A stretch of 64,000 nt of DNA from Candidatus Poribacteria bacterium (GCA_965208325.1 OZ242326.1:992001-1056000); one strand, 5' to 3'. Positions 1 through 11,328 are shown, counted from the stretch's first letter. Notes: a model not told the origin generated them from the letters alone. Made by a program: numbers and translations.

Positions 1-1638
1 GTGCTTATACCGCTGTCAAACTTCAATCTTTTAGTTTGGCTTGTGGCGGGGCTATTGGGCGCCTATCTTTTCAGTTGGCTGTCCGAAATCGGGCACACGG
101 CGCTTAGCTGCTGGCTAGGTTTCCGCGCGGCTGAGGACATCCGAGCTAAACTCTATCGTTGTTTGCAGTTCCTTCCCATTAGATTTTACGACAAACATAA
201 AGTGGGCGCACTGATATCTCGCATGACCAACGACGCAGATCGGTTGGAGGATTTTATCGCCTTTGAGGTTCCCTACGTCATTTCCAACGCGCTGTTGTTA
301 GTGGGTATTTTCTGCTTGCTGTTGTACAAGAACTGGGTGCTTACGCTCTATGTGTTGCTCCCCGTGCCGCCGATTGTTCTGGGGGGAATCTTCATGTGGA
401 ATCGTTTGACGCGTTTTTGGCGCCTTTGGTCCGCGAGGTGGGGGCGGTTCTCCTCGCACCTGAACGAGTCGATCACGGGAATTCGATTGGTGAAGGCTTT
501 CGCGCAGGAAGACCGTGAAAGCACTGTGTTTGACCGGCACAACGACGCACTGCGGCAGGTAAACGTTTCGGGCAATCGGGCATGGTTCGTTTTCTACACC
601 ATCACGAACTTTCTAATGAGTTTCGGCGCCTTCTTTGTCTGGTACTTTGGCGGGAAACAGGTTTTGGGGCAGGAGTTTAAACTCGGAGAATTGACCGCAT
701 TCATCAGTTTCCTCTGGATGCTTTATCAGCCGCTACGGTGGTTTGGCGACTCCTACAACTTCATGCTCCGCGCTTTTGCCGGCGCCGAGCGAATTTTTGA
801 GGTTATGGATGCGCCTTCTGAGCCGTTTGATAATCCGAATGCCAGAAACATACCAAAAATTAACGGGCGGATAACCTTCAAAGATGTCACGTTTGGTTAC
901 GATCCGGGCAAACCCGTCCTCAGAGACATCAATCTCGCGGTCGAACCGGGAGAAATGATAGGCTTAGTGGGGAAATCCGGCGTGGGCAAAAGCACGATGG
1001 TAAATCTGATATGCCGATTCTACGATGTGACTCATGGGACTTTGCAGGTTGATAACGAGGATGTCCGAAATGTCCGTATCGAGGATCTGCGGTCGCAAAT
1101 CGGCATAGTCCTACAGGAGCCATTTCTGTTCAACAGGACAATTGCGGAAAACATCCGGTACGGCAATCCGGAGGCATCATTTGACGAAGTCATGCGCGCC
1201 GCCATAGCTGCAGAAGCGCATGACTTTATCGTTGCTAAACCGGACGGATATGACACGATGGTCGGCGAGCGCGGGAACAAACTCTCCGGCGGCGAAGGGC
1301 AGCGTATCGCTATCGCAAGAGCCATCCTGCATAATCCAAAAATTTTGATACTCGACGAAGCAACGTCATCACTCGACACCGCAACAGAAAAGAAGATTCA
1401 GGCTGCTATTTCTAAGTTAATTGAAGGACGGACGACCTTTGCCATTGCACACCGGCTTTCAACCCTGCGGAACGCCAACCGGCTGGTTGTTCTAGACGAG
1501 GGAAAAATTGAAGAGATAGGCACGCACGCGGAATTGATGGGTCGTAAAGGGCTCTTCTACAATTTAGTCCAGACGCAAAAGGAAACATCGGCAGTCATGG
1601 CGGTCGGCGGCGGGAAAGATGATCCGGGCAGTGAATAG
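1..1638 (+). CDS. ABC exporter, fused permease/ATPase (probably 5'-truncated by the window edge)
   Basis: TM helices followed by Walker A GKSGVGKST, signature LSGGEGQR, Walker B ILILDE and H-loop AHRLST. Confidence 0.95.
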   Translation: MLIPLSNFNLLVWLVAGLLGAYLFSWLSEIGHTALSCWLGFRAAEDIRAKLYRCLQFLPIRFYDKHKVGALISRMTNDADRLEDFIAFEVPYVISNALLLVGIFCLLLYKNWVLTLYVLLPVPPIVLGGIFMWNRLTRFWRLWSARWGRFSSHLNESITGIRLVKAFAQEDRESTVFDRHNDALRQVNVSGNRAWFVFYTITNFLMSFGAFFVWYFGGKQVLGQEFKLGELTAFISFLWMLYQPLRWFGDSYNFMLRAFAGAERIFEVMDAPSEPFDNPNARNIPKINGRITFKDVTFGYDPGKPVLRDINLAVEPGEMIGLVGKSGVGKSTMVNLICRFYDVTHGTLQVDNEDVRNVRIEDLRSQIGIVLQEPFLFNRTIAENIRYGNPEASFDEVMRAAIAAEAHDFIVAKPDGYDTMVGERGNKLSGGEGQRIAIARAILHNPKILILDEATSSLDTATEKKIQAAISKLIEGRTTFAIAHRLSTLRNANRLVVLDEGKIEEIGTHAELMGRKGLFYNLVQTQKETSAVMAVGGGKDDPGSE

Positions 1639-1732
1639 AACTGCGTTCCTTAAAGCGGCATCAATCTTTGTAAACAAAGAAAATTTCACGATGGAATTTA
1701 TGCGATAACTGTTTTTTACTCCGGAGAAAACC

Positions 1733-2293
1733 ATGGATAATACCAAATCTTTAAGTGATGAAGACAAGGCTAAGGTGCAGCAACCAGTTACGCCGATTCA
1801 GACGCCGCCGCCGGAATGCGTCAATCCAAAGGACATACGATTGTTCCGAGACCCCCCGTGGAAACTGCGATTAACCATTGCGGGCGACCGTTCCTACCTC
1901 ATGGTCCGGGTCGTTCGCGCAGCGCCGCTATCTCAACCGTCACGGTATATCTGCTTCCTTGATGAAAAGAATGAGGTAATCTGGACTGTCGAAGACCCAA
2001 GCGTACTGGACGCGGACACTCGCCGTATCCTAGAGGAAGAACTCGACAAAAGGTATATGACGGCGGTCATTGAGGTAATTAACTCGCTCCGCAACGAATT
2101 CGGGGTGTCGTATTGGGACGTACAGACTAACCGAGGTAATCGGGAGTTTGTGGTACGGAATGTGTCCGAAAGCGCACAATGGGTTTCTGCACGCCGGTTA
2201 TTGCTTATTGATGTGGACGGCAACCGATACGAAATCCCGGATATCGACGTGCTCGACAAGCGGAGTTTTGGTCTGATAGACATGGTGATTTAG
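1733..2293 (+). CDS. DUF1854-like protein
   Basis: VVRAAPLS, YWDVQTNRG and IDVDGNRY motifs; GGAG RBS; this family is typically found next to such ABC exporters. Confidence 0.75.
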   Translation: MDNTKSLSDEDKAKVQQPVTPIQTPPPECVNPKDIRLFRDPPWKLRLTIAGDRSYLMVRVVRAAPLSQPSRYICFLDEKNEVIWTVEDPSVLDADTRRILEEELDKRYMTAVIEVINSLRNEFGVSYWDVQTNRGNREFVVRNVSESAQWVSARRLLLIDVDGNRYEIPDIDVLDKRSFGLIDMVI

Positions 2294-2454
2294 ATGGATA
2301 TAAACTCGATTGTAGGTTCATAGGAAATGCTGCTGCAGCCTCCCGAATCCGCAATTTAACCGGGCTGCTAACTTGGAGTTAGCAAAGGCCATTTTCACCG
2401 ATACAGAGTTATAGTAATTCCCAAACTGAATTGCATAGAAACGTTCTGAATTTA

Positions 2455-2483
2455 TTGCAATAAAAGTCCAGATGTGATAGAAT
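2455..2483 (+). promoter_or_regulatory. sigma70-type promoter of guaB
   Basis: TTGCAA-17bp-TAGAAT with TG extension. Confidence 0.55.
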
Positions 2484-2674
2484 ATCTATTTAATATTTTC
2501 TGGCGCCGATGTCATTTATAATCCCGTAATTTGGCGTAAGCAAATGCGCTATCCGTAATGAGGATCGATTGGCAAAGCGTCATGCACTCGTTTCCGATTG
2601 TGTATTTTGGGCGCCGCGGCGATTGACTAAACCCGCTTAGCCCTGCCCACCTAGGTACAAAGGAGGCGATTTCA

Positions 2675-4168
2675 GTGGATATGAAATTTTCGGAGTCGGT
2701 GTCTCCAAAATTTTCCAAAATGGGATTGACGTTTGATGATGTTTCATTAATTCCCGGCGAATCAAACGTACTTCCCAATGAAATTGACACATGCACACGA
2801 TTGACCCGCCATATACGCCTTAACATCCCTATCTGCAGCGCCGCCATGGACACGGTGACGGAAGCGGAACTTGCAATCGCTCTTGCGCGCGAGGGCGGCA
2901 TTGGGATGATCCACTTTAACTGTTCCATTGATGAGCAGGTCAAAGAAGTGGACAAAGTCAAACGATCGGAAAGCGGCATGATTGACGATCCTATCACGTT
3001 AACCCCCGACAAAACGGTTCGCGACGCCTTGGCGGTAGCCGCCCGCTACCGGATTGGCGGTGTTCCGATTGTGACGAAAGAAGGATTCCTCCTTGGCCTT
3101 ATCACGAACAGAGATTTGAAATACGAAACCGATTTAGATTTACCGGTGACTGCCTTGATGACCTCAAGCGACCAGCTCACCACCGCCTCACAGGGGGTAA
3201 CGCTCGAAAAGGCGAAGCAAATCTTACATCAAATTCGCAAGGAAAAATTACCGATTGTGGATGAGAATTTTCGCCTCTGCGGGTTGATTACGATTAAAGA
3301 TATAGACAAAGTTCAGAAATATCCAGCGGCTTGTAAAGATGAATCGGGGAAATTGAGAGTTGGGGCAGCCATCAGTCCGCATTGGGGATTGGATAAAGTC
3401 GGAATGCTGGTTGACGCAGGCGCGGATGTGCTGGATATTGATACAGCGCACGGTCATCATCACAATGTGATTCGTTCGACGCGTAGGATAAAGACGGAAT
3501 TTCCAGGCGTCGAGTTGATAGCCGGGAATGTAGTGACTGCCGACGCGACCAACCAACTGATTGATGCTGGCGCCGATGCGGTAAAAGTTGGCATGGGACC
3601 AGGTTCGATTTGTACGACTCGCGTAGTCTCCGGAATCGGTGTCCCACAGGTAACGGCGGTTTACGACTGCGCACGGGAGGCCGACAAAAACGGTATTCCG
3701 ATAATCGCTGACGGCGGCATCCGATATTCAGGCGATGTTGCGAAGGCAATAGGCGCAGGCGCTAGCTCGGTCATGATAGGCAGCCTTCTCGCCGGAACGG
3801 AGGAGAGCCCTGGCGAAACAGTTATCTATCAAGGGCGAACGTATAAAATCCACAGAGGTATGGGGTCGCTATCTGCCATGAAAGAACGCGGCGGCAGTGA
3901 GAGATACAGCCAAAAGAACCTCAGTCTATCGAATCTCATACCGGAAGGAATCGAAGGACGAGTTCCGTACAAGGGCAAGCTAGATGACTTTGTATATCAA
4001 TTGGTCGGCGGACTGCGTCTAGCAATGGGATATTGCGGTATACCCGACATCGAATCCCTTCGGAAGGAAAGCAAATTCATTCGGGTGACGGACAGCGGCT
4101 ACCGCGAAAGTCATCCACATGACATCGCCATCACGGAAGAGGCGCCCAACTATAGCGTGATGCCCTAA
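2675..4168 (+). CDS. guaB: IMP dehydrogenase with CBS pair
   Basis: [15 protein letters not shown], catalytic [31 protein letters not shown] before a GTG start. Confidence 0.98.
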   Translation: MDMKFSESVSPKFSKMGLTFDDVSLIPGESNVLPNEIDTCTRLTRHIRLNIPICSAAMDTVTEAELAIALAREGGIGMIHFNCSIDEQVKEVDKVKRSESGMIDDPITLTPDKTVRDALAVAARYRIGGVPIVTKEGFLLGLITNRDLKYETDLDLPVTALMTSSDQLTTASQGVTLEKAKQILHQIRKEKLPIVDENFRLCGLITIKDIDKVQKYPAACKDESGKLRVGAAISPHWGLDKVGMLVDAGADVLDIDTAHGHHHNVIRSTRRIKTEFPGVELIAGNVVTADATNQLIDAGADAVKVGMGPGSICTTRVVSGIGVPQVTAVYDCAREADKNGIPIIADGGIRYSGDVAKAIGAGASSVMIGSLLAGTEESPGETVIYQGRTYKIHRGMGSLSAMKERGGSERYSQKNLSLSNLIPEGIEGRVPYKGKLDDFVYQLVGGLRLAMGYCGIPDIESLRKESKFIRVTDSGYRESHPHDIAITEEAPNYSVMP

Positions 4169-4281
4169 TGACATTCTTTCGGAATAAACAAGCTATCAAC
4201 ACTAACCAATGGTGATGGGTTGAATTTGGAAGTCAATGGAAATACAAAACGCTTGTTCTCTTTCGCCGATAATAAATTGTT

Positions 4282-4465
4282 TCGTAGGGATTGGGTCCCC
4301 CAACCCTTTTTTCAAAATCAGACACGATTTCGGACTGCTGTAGGTTGTTTGATCAAAATCGACTCTACGTGTATGGTTGGGAGTTCTTTGTACGCGTTGG
4401 TCAATAGGCGAGGTGACCAGATTAACACTATCGTCCTCCCTATTCGGTCGGTTGATCCCCTACGA
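4282..4465. repeat. degenerate GTAG-REP/MITE-like element
   Basis: Terminal inverted repeats TCGTAGGGGA...TCCCCTACGA; subterminal CTATTCGGTCGGTTGATC resembles the tails of the 24-26 kb repeats. Confidence 0.45.
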
Positions 4466-4933
4466 TTACAGGCAACTTCACATAAATGTAAATGTCAACA
4501 CTGCCTAGTGTTATGAAACTTTCGATTGGCGGGAGAAATTCCAAATTCTTGACTACATAAATTTTATCGAGACAGATTTTAGCAGGTCGCTGACAATCTT
4601 TTAAACACGAAAATTCCACTATTAGAACCAAACAACACCCTGTGATTCTGGCAGGGTTCCTCCCCTTGCCCCCATCGGGAACCGAACCTTCCTATTTCTG
4701 GATGCAAAACAACTACATGCCGCGGCTAGCAAATTTATCCGAATGCCCCGTTATTCAATTCGCTCTAACCGCCGTGGACGCCACTCTGACCATTGATGCC
4801 AAATGCTTAAATTTACATGACAACTGTTGATGCAACAACTGACTAACGCGTCAACAAATCAGAAATGGCGCGTTTCTCAGCGTCATTTACAAAATTACTA
4901 ATACCAAAGATTTCAATCGCGTAGGATTATACT

Positions 4934-7813
4934 GTGGGGGACAAATTCCAACAAACGGAACAAACTCAGGGAATTTCGTTAAATTTTAATTCGGATTCCC
5001 TTCTTAATTTAACCGACAAAATTAAATCCAGCATTGAAGGACGCATGGATTGGGGAGATACTTTTGGCGTAGGGCTTAGCACCAAAAACAGCAAATACTT
5101 GCTGGTCTGGACCCCGAAAAAAACCTCAGAAGGGAAAATTCTGCCAGGATTTGATTCAGAGGACGGCAAACTTACACTTAAAATGAAGCCTCGGCCGGGA
5201 GCGTGGGTTTCCTGGATTGATGAAGCAAAAGTAGCCGAGGAGGCGGTCGATGACTACGACCGTGTTCGAAAAAGTGTACAGGAGCTCGAGCGGAATACAA
5301 GGCAGATGATTGATTTTGCTGATGGTGTTCTCAAAGACATTACTGTCTTGCATCTCGGCAAACCGCTCACGTTATCTGAACTAGCGCTTGAGATTTTGGA
5401 AGTCGAATTGACAATACCGACGACCATAAAAATTGGGGGTTATGTTTTATCGCAATCTCAGTCGCCAGACGCCGCTGCAGCCAATGTGATTATTCCCGAG
5501 CAGACGAACATCCATCGGATTCATATGAATGAGGATGCGTTGTTCGAGGCGATTGGAACGGATGGATATGACCAAGTTCTCGTGGTTTACCGCACGCATA
5601 TCAAGCGCTACCCAGACCTTCTTGACATCAACTACTGTTTAGCGCTAAATGAATATTTTGATGGTGGTTCGCCCCCGGAAGATATTGTATCAAATATTGA
5701 CCGTTCCAACTTAAAACAAAGTGAAAAGGAAATAGAGACCTTTCCTACGGCTGCCATCTACGATCCCTTGCAGCCTGATTCAGTTCAATTTGTTGCGATG
5801 ACTTTCAATGCTTCTTCCGAACAGATTCGCGAAACGATTACACAATGTTCGACGGAGATTGACAGTTATGTGTCGAAAGCCAATCAGCGGGCTTCCGAAG
5901 TCATGGCGAATTTTCAAGGACGAATTGATAGCCGAGTTCAAGCCCTTAGCCTTCGATCGAATCAGCGGGTCTACGAAAAAATCTGGGATGAGATTGCCAA
6001 CCACGAATTGCAGAATCGTATGGTTGAGTTGATAGATTTTTTCGGCGACTACTTTGGCGAAAAATTTGAACCGGATTTAGCTGCTGCCAAAAAAGATCAA
6101 CTGAAAACGAGCATTGATTCCATGATTCAGGATTGGCAACTTCAGGATTTAGGGCAAACTACGCTCAAGCAACTCATACTTACGAGCTACAAATTGGCAA
6201 ATCATGTGCTTGACCGCGCTACCGCAATGTTCTACGATCTGGCATTCGAAAAACACTTCATCCAACCGGGAAAGATTAAGCCCGTTAAATTACAGGTGCT
6301 AGAGGATGGCAAAGCACTAAACCGAGTACACCTGCCTGAATGGACAAAAAAAACAGTGCGGGATCGACTGCATCTGTTTGCCCTGAAACCGTCCGTCCAC
6401 CCGAACCAGATTGAAAGACTCCGAGCGTTATGGTTGGAATTTTTGGAGATAGCCAACTTTGCCAGCCGTAACAACCAGCAGTTCGATATCATCATGGAAC
6501 CATTGGTCGATATCCTGCTCTCACCAAAACCCTCCCGCAAGACTTCGGCAGATCGGCGAAGGTCGAGGGCGGTTCCTGCGCGGAGGAAGCCGGGTTTTGA
6601 GGGATTTGAGATTTCTGACGAGGAACTTTCGCGTGTACTTCGCCGCGTCAGAAGTAACTCGCAGCTAATTGAACGCTGGATTTTGAGTATGCCCGAACCA
6701 AATTACAAAAACCAACAACACCATGCAACGTTGTGGATGATTTTGACTGACGGTATTGTTCGAGAAATGCTTTACAGGAATTTTCAACCGACGTGCGATA
6801 TCAATTTGAGCCTTCCGATAGCGACAAAAAGGTTGGTCGATATTGTTCTTGGCGGACAAGTCGTCGTTTGCGATGAAAAAGATTTGAAACCGCTAAAACG
6901 CAATTTAGACCGCGCGCTATCCGAAAGAACGGGGCACGGACTACCGGAAATATCAACGCCTTCCACCCTTAAAATTCATAGTGACACATTGCTCTGCTTG
7001 CTGTACGAAAAACTCGCAGCGTACCGGGGACAATTGGAAAAACGGTTAGCTCAAACCACAAACGCAAAATCCGCGAGCAAAACAGCTAAATCGAAAAAAG
7101 GTCGAAAGAAGCAGCAATCTAAAACCGACACTGACACAGTAAATACCATCGAATCGGAAATTTCTAAAACAACCGAAATCATTACATTTCTGACCCCATA
7201 TACCGAGGCGGCGCAATCGTTGCTTCAAAACGCTGTTAACCCCAGATCACAGCATTTGAATCAGATTCGTCAACATCAAGTGCTGAATTTTGATTTGCAA
7301 GCGTTGCCGCCCATCGCGGAATCCTGGTTAGAAGACGTTAAGTCACTTGAAGATTATACAAACCTGCGCGCATTTCTGCTTGAAAATCAACTCCCCATTT
7401 CGACAACTGGGCGATTGTTAATGAATTTCAGGAGGAGTTTTGAAAACGCCCCGCCTATGGCGGCAGATTCTGTAGATGATTTTGATGTTGCATTAAATCT
7501 CATTCAAGAACTTAAATCGTTACAAGACACAGGATACGCCGGCGAAACATTCAGAAAGTTCAAGAATTACATCGCCGAGAAGTTATGGCGATGGGAATTA
7601 ACGCAAATTACAGGAGATAAATTGGCGGCGTTAATCAAGGAGAAAGTCTTGGTGTCAGTTATCTGTTACGAGAAGGACGTTGAAACACTACTAGAATATG
7701 CAGAACGGTACGAACAACTAGTAGAGGCGAAGTTTAACGACAAATTCAAGATGCATGAACAAGCGAAAATGCTAGAAGAAAAATTCATCGCGCTCGCTAA
7801 ATCGATTTTGTGA
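4934..7813 (+). CDS. hypothetical protein, 959 aa, apparently soluble and helical with basic patches
   Basis: Long uninterrupted ORF with AGGA upstream; no motif recognised. Confidence 0.85.
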   Translation: MGDKFQQTEQTQGISLNFNSDSLLNLTDKIKSSIEGRMDWGDTFGVGLSTKNSKYLLVWTPKKTSEGKILPGFDSEDGKLTLKMKPRPGAWVSWIDEAKVAEEAVDDYDRVRKSVQELERNTRQMIDFADGVLKDITVLHLGKPLTLSELALEILEVELTIPTTIKIGGYVLSQSQSPDAAAANVIIPEQTNIHRIHMNEDALFEAIGTDGYDQVLVVYRTHIKRYPDLLDINYCLALNEYFDGGSPPEDIVSNIDRSNLKQSEKEIETFPTAAIYDPLQPDSVQFVAMTFNASSEQIRETITQCSTEIDSYVSKANQRASEVMANFQGRIDSRVQALSLRSNQRVYEKIWDEIANHELQNRMVELIDFFGDYFGEKFEPDLAAAKKDQLKTSIDSMIQDWQLQDLGQTTLKQLILTSYKLANHVLDRATAMFYDLAFEKHFIQPGKIKPVKLQVLEDGKALNRVHLPEWTKKTVRDRLHLFALKPSVHPNQIERLRALWLEFLEIANFASRNNQQFDIIMEPLVDILLSPKPSRKTSADRRRSRAVPARRKPGFEGFEISDEELSRVLRRVRSNSQLIERWILSMPEPNYKNQQHHATLWMILTDGIVREMLYRNFQPTCDINLSLPIATKRLVDIVLGGQVVVCDEKDLKPLKRNLDRALSERTGHGLPEISTPSTLKIHSDTLLCLLYEKLAAYRGQLEKRLAQTTNAKSASKTAKSKKGRKKQQSKTDTDTVNTIESEISKTTEIITFLTPYTEAAQSLLQNAVNPRSQHLNQIRQHQVLNFDLQALPPIAESWLEDVKSLEDYTNLRAFLLENQLPISTTGRLLMNFRRSFENAPPMAADSVDDFDVALNLIQELKSLQDTGYAGETFRKFKNYIAEKLWRWELTQITGDKLAALIKEKVLVSVICYEKDVETLLEYAERYEQLVEAKFNDKFKMHEQAKMLEEKFIALAKSIL

Positions 7814-7826
7814 ATCAAACATTTAG

Positions 7827-8714
7827 ATGAAGGTTAGCATTATTGGGCAAGGCGATAATTTACTCCCTGTAACCTCGGCAATCTGTCGACTTGGCCTTGC
7901 GACTGAGGTTATGCTGATGGACGGGGATCAACGGGTGTCTTTAGCGGTTATTCAAGACTTTCGCGCGGCAGCCGCCAGCGTTGGATCTGACACTAAAATA
8001 CTTACGGCGAGCACCCATGCAGCGCTCGTAGGCTCCGAAATTGTCATCCTGCTGCCATCATTGTCTCGATTGGGTTGGACAAATGCTCAACGAAGTGCAA
8101 ATGCCGCCCTCGTTCGCCATTTTGCTCAGGGTATCAATCAACACGCCCCTGCAGCCAGAATAGTGGTTGCCATACCGCCAGCAGTTGCTATGGCTTATGT
8201 CATGTATCGAGAAATTGGCGCAGAGCCGAGCCAGGTGATTGGTGTTTGCGGCAAAATAGTGGATGCCAATCTGAATGGGCGGATTGCCGATAAACTTGGC
8301 GTCTCCGTCCGCGACATTACGGCGTTAGCAATTGGCGACGACCACACCGTTATCCCGCTTACCCAATATTGTTGTGTGAACGGAATTCCTGTAGATCAAC
8401 TTTTAAACACGGGACAGATTCGCGAGGTTACCGAAGTTGTAAATGATGGGCGCAATCAGGCACCGGTTATTCACCCATACAACCTGTCTTCGTGGCTTGC
8501 AAAAATTGTGACGGCGATTGCTGTCGATAAGAAAAGGATTTTGACGGTAAGTTCGTTGATTAAAGTAGGCGCATCGGAGGTTTACCTCAATGTTCCGACA
8601 AAAATTGGAAGGCGCGGCGCTGAGGAAACTGTTCAACTAAACTTAACAGAATCCCAACGGGAACGGTTCGCAAAATTAGTTGCGCGAAGCATATCAGAAC
8701 AGCAACGCTTCTAG
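7827..8714 (+). CDS. malate/lactate dehydrogenase-fold protein, catalytically degenerate
   Basis: MKVSIIG start, IADKLGVSVRDI, VNGIPV, DKKRIL and NVPTKIGRRG match the LDH-like MDH scaffold; catalytic motifs are altered. Confidence 0.8.
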   Translation: MKVSIIGQGDNLLPVTSAICRLGLATEVMLMDGDQRVSLAVIQDFRAAAASVGSDTKILTASTHAALVGSEIVILLPSLSRLGWTNAQRSANAALVRHFAQGINQHAPAARIVVAIPPAVAMAYVMYREIGAEPSQVIGVCGKIVDANLNGRIADKLGVSVRDITALAIGDDHTVIPLTQYCCVNGIPVDQLLNTGQIREVTEVVNDGRNQAPVIHPYNLSSWLAKIVTAIAVDKKRILTVSSLIKVGASEVYLNVPTKIGRRGAEETVQLNLTESQRERFAKLVARSISEQQRF

Positions 8715-8786
8715 GAGAAACTGAGTTTACCACGCCATTGGGAAGCGGCGGTGAAATTGAGTTTTTCCGTATGAAACGGACGATTC

Positions 8787-9902
8787 ATGAGAGAAATACA
8801 TCGAAAAATTCCTGAATTGATTAAAGCAGAAGAAATTGGCGCTTACTGTACAGTTGTGGAATCGAAAGGCTCTACGCCGCAAAAGCCCGGCTCGAAGCTG
8901 CTAATTTTGCCTGATTTACAGAATATCGGAACGCTGGGCGGCGGTTGTGTAGAAGCCGAAGCGCGGCGGCAGGCGATTGGGTTGATGCAAGGCGGCATCC
9001 CGCGTCTGCTAGATTTCCGGCTAGACAGCGACTATGGTTGGGACGACGGGCTGATTTGCGGCGGGAACATGAAAATTTTCATTGATTTGCCCCAGAGTAA
9101 CGATGATGCTTTCATGTTTACGCGTTTGGAAGATTTAATTGGCGAGAAAGTTCCCCATGTTTTCGCTACGGTTGTGAAGAGTGAGGTTAACGATATAAAA
9201 GCCGGTATGAAAATGATTGCCGCATCCAATGGCGATTGCATCGGCTCTTTGGGAGACTCCACTCTGGAATCCGCTATGCAACGTGAATCAGCGGAAGTGC
9301 TCGCGGAAAACTCGCCGCGAATTTTTCGCTGGAATTCAGGTGATGTCTGGGTTTTCATGGATCCGGTGCAACCCCGCCCAACACTGCTCATCGCCGGAGC
9401 CGGGCATGTCGGGCAAGCGCTGTGCCATCTCGGGGACTGGCTCGACTTTGATATTGTAATCGTTGATGACCGCCCGGATTTTGCGTCGAAGGAACGCTTG
9501 CCTGAAGCCGACCAGATTGTAATCGGCGATATCGCGGACGAATTGCGGAAATTCCCTATTGATAATATGACCTACGCCGTAATTGTCACCCGCGGGCATC
9601 GGCACGACGAGGAGGCGCTTTACAGCGTGGTGGAGTCCGACGCCTGTTATGTTGGATTAATTGGCAGCCGTAGGAAGATAAAACTGATTTACGATGATTT
9701 GCTTGCGCTCGGCGTCTCCAAAGAGAGGTTGGCTCGTGTCTACGCCCCGATTGGATTGGATATCAATTCCAAGACGGTGCCAGAGATTGCCGTGAGTATT
9801 GCGGCTCAATTGATTCAAATTCGGAACAATATCAGAAAAGATGTTCGCTTCGATTCACAACCGGCACGTATGCCCACCGTTAAAGTAAGCGATAGCACCT
9901 AA
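8787..9902 (+). CDS. xdhC: XdhC/CoxI family molybdoenzyme maturation factor
   Basis: GSTPQKPG, GTLGGGCVE, GLICGG, GAGHVG, TRGHRHD, APIGLDI and PEIAVSI motifs. Confidence 0.92.
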   Translation: MREIHRKIPELIKAEEIGAYCTVVESKGSTPQKPGSKLLILPDLQNIGTLGGGCVEAEARRQAIGLMQGGIPRLLDFRLDSDYGWDDGLICGGNMKIFIDLPQSNDDAFMFTRLEDLIGEKVPHVFATVVKSEVNDIKAGMKMIAASNGDCIGSLGDSTLESAMQRESAEVLAENSPRIFRWNSGDVWVFMDPVQPRPTLLIAGAGHVGQALCHLGDWLDFDIVIVDDRPDFASKERLPEADQIVIGDIADELRKFPIDNMTYAVIVTRGHRHDEEALYSVVESDACYVGLIGSRRKIKLIYDDLLALGVSKERLARVYAPIGLDINSKTVPEIAVSIAAQLIQIRNNIRKDVRFDSQPARMPTVKVSDST

Positions 9903-9999
9903 AAATGCAGCGCTGTTAGGTGAGGCGCCGCTAGTTTTAAGTCAAAAAATCCTAATCGCACTTTAAATAGGAATATACCTGAGTTTCGGCACCAGAATT

Positions 10000-10341
10000 A
10001 TGCTGACTGTTCAATTAGATTCCGACAAAACCCATACAAAGAACGAAGTCATCGAAATCGTAATGCAATCCCTGAATTTCGTTAGGGAACAATCTACTCA
10101 AAAAACCCTTCAGTATTCTTCCTCCGATGTTTATTGGGTTTTGAAGAACCTGCTCAATTATATAAATAGGCGAGTAGATGGAGAATTTGTCCTGAAACGC
10201 CTCAAAAAGGGTGCTTGGGGAATCGAATATACTGATGCAAGCATTGCGAAGCGCAAAGCAGATGAACGCCACAAAAAAGAGCTCCGCAGAACTGCCGACT
10301 ACATTCAGCAGATGACCAGCGACCGCCCGTCTCGGGGGTGA
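10000..10341 (+). CDS. hypothetical protein
   Basis: 113-aa ORF filling an intergenic gap with plausible composition; no motif. Confidence 0.5.
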   Translation: MLTVQLDSDKTHTKNEVIEIVMQSLNFVREQSTQKTLQYSSSDVYWVLKNLLNYINRRVDGEFVLKRLKKGAWGIEYTDASIAKRKADERHKKELRRTADYIQQMTSDRPSRG

Positions 10342-10458
10342 CACGCCGGGAAGCCGTTGTTGGATTCCTTCATTGACGGTTCTGGAAGGGTATACAATTG
10401 ATGAGCGTAGCAAAAATTACCATTCCCGGATCATCGGGTTGGCTTCCATCACACAATA

Positions 10459-11328
10459 TCATGACAGCAGCCGATAAAGCGCCGCAGCTATTCCATAGAT
10501 AATACCCGCTAGAACTGTTCCGGCAATTGTATCGACGGCGTAATGGAATCTTCCGTACACGGTTGCGATAACCAGTCCAACGCAGAACGGACACAAGATG
10601 ATAAAGGCGAGCGTGTCATACCGCATCGCATAGAGTAATACAACTACGGCAATGGCAGAATGCGAACTGGGGAAGGCGGTGCCTTTAGATGAACCCATCG
10701 AAAGGATAATATGTGTGAGCCTATGTAAAAAGCCTTTGGCAAGCTGTCCGCCAATCTTCTCAAACACGTAGCGCGGTCCGGCGACCGGCAGGAAAATATA
10801 ACAGATGAGGCACACATTGAAAGCAAGACACTCGGCAAAGACAACCTCACGGAATGCACCAATTCTACCTTGGAAATAAAGGACCGCCGGGAGTGATAGT
10901 ACGATTGCATAGTAACTAAAATAACACAGATGCAGCACCTCCGAGAGTGCTATCATTGGAAGATGTTTGCTCATAAACATGCTAGGTTGCCCCTTAAAAA
11001 GCCGATTCTCCCACCGAATTACCGCATCATCAAAGTATCCCCTGCGTATCATTTGAGTGAGCGGCGAGACTCCCCAGTAAAAAGCCGGTATTGTGGCGAG
11101 GGGATACCATTCACGCAGGAAACGAAACAAAAGCGGCAACGATTCACTTATTAAACTGACCCACAGAACGGCAATAACTAGGGTGACATGGGCAAGAAGA
11201 TAGAGATACCACCGCACTAAATTTTTGCGACGGAAGACAATCAATACACTTGTCAACCCCAAGTAGGCGATGATAACCCAGTCGGCGGGAAGAAGGGTTG
11301 CAGACAGTCGTATAATGATTCGGTCCAT
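10459..11328 (-). CDS. PAP2-family (AUR1-like) membrane phosphatase/phosphotransferase
   Basis: Multiple TM helices; PVAGPRY, AFPSSH and TVYGRFHYAVD motifs. Confidence 0.9.
   Translation of the reverse strand: MDRIIIRLSATLLPADWVIIAYLGLTSVLIVFRRKNLVRWYLYLLAHVTLVIAVLWVSLISESLPLLFRFLREWYPLATIPAFYWGVSPLTQMIRRGYFDDAVIRWENRLFKGQPSMFMSKHLPMIALSEVLHLCYFSYYAIVLSLPAVLYFQGRIGAFREVVFAECLAFNVCLICYIFLPVAGPRYVFEKIGGQLAKGFLHRLTHIILSMGSSKGTAFPSSHSAIAVVVLLYAMRYDTLAFIILCPFCVGLVIATVYGRFHYAVDTIAGTVLAGIIYGIAAALYRLLS

Noticed and set aside
2510..2580. purine riboswitch in the guaB leader
   Set aside because: TATAATCCCG and CCGTAAT are reminiscent, but the UUUCUACC junction and pairable P2/P3 stems are missing; an Rfam covariance search would settle it.
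4220..4830. short ORFs between guaB and the 959-aa gene
   Set aside because: They overlap repeat-like or AT-rich intergenic DNA and show no coding signal.
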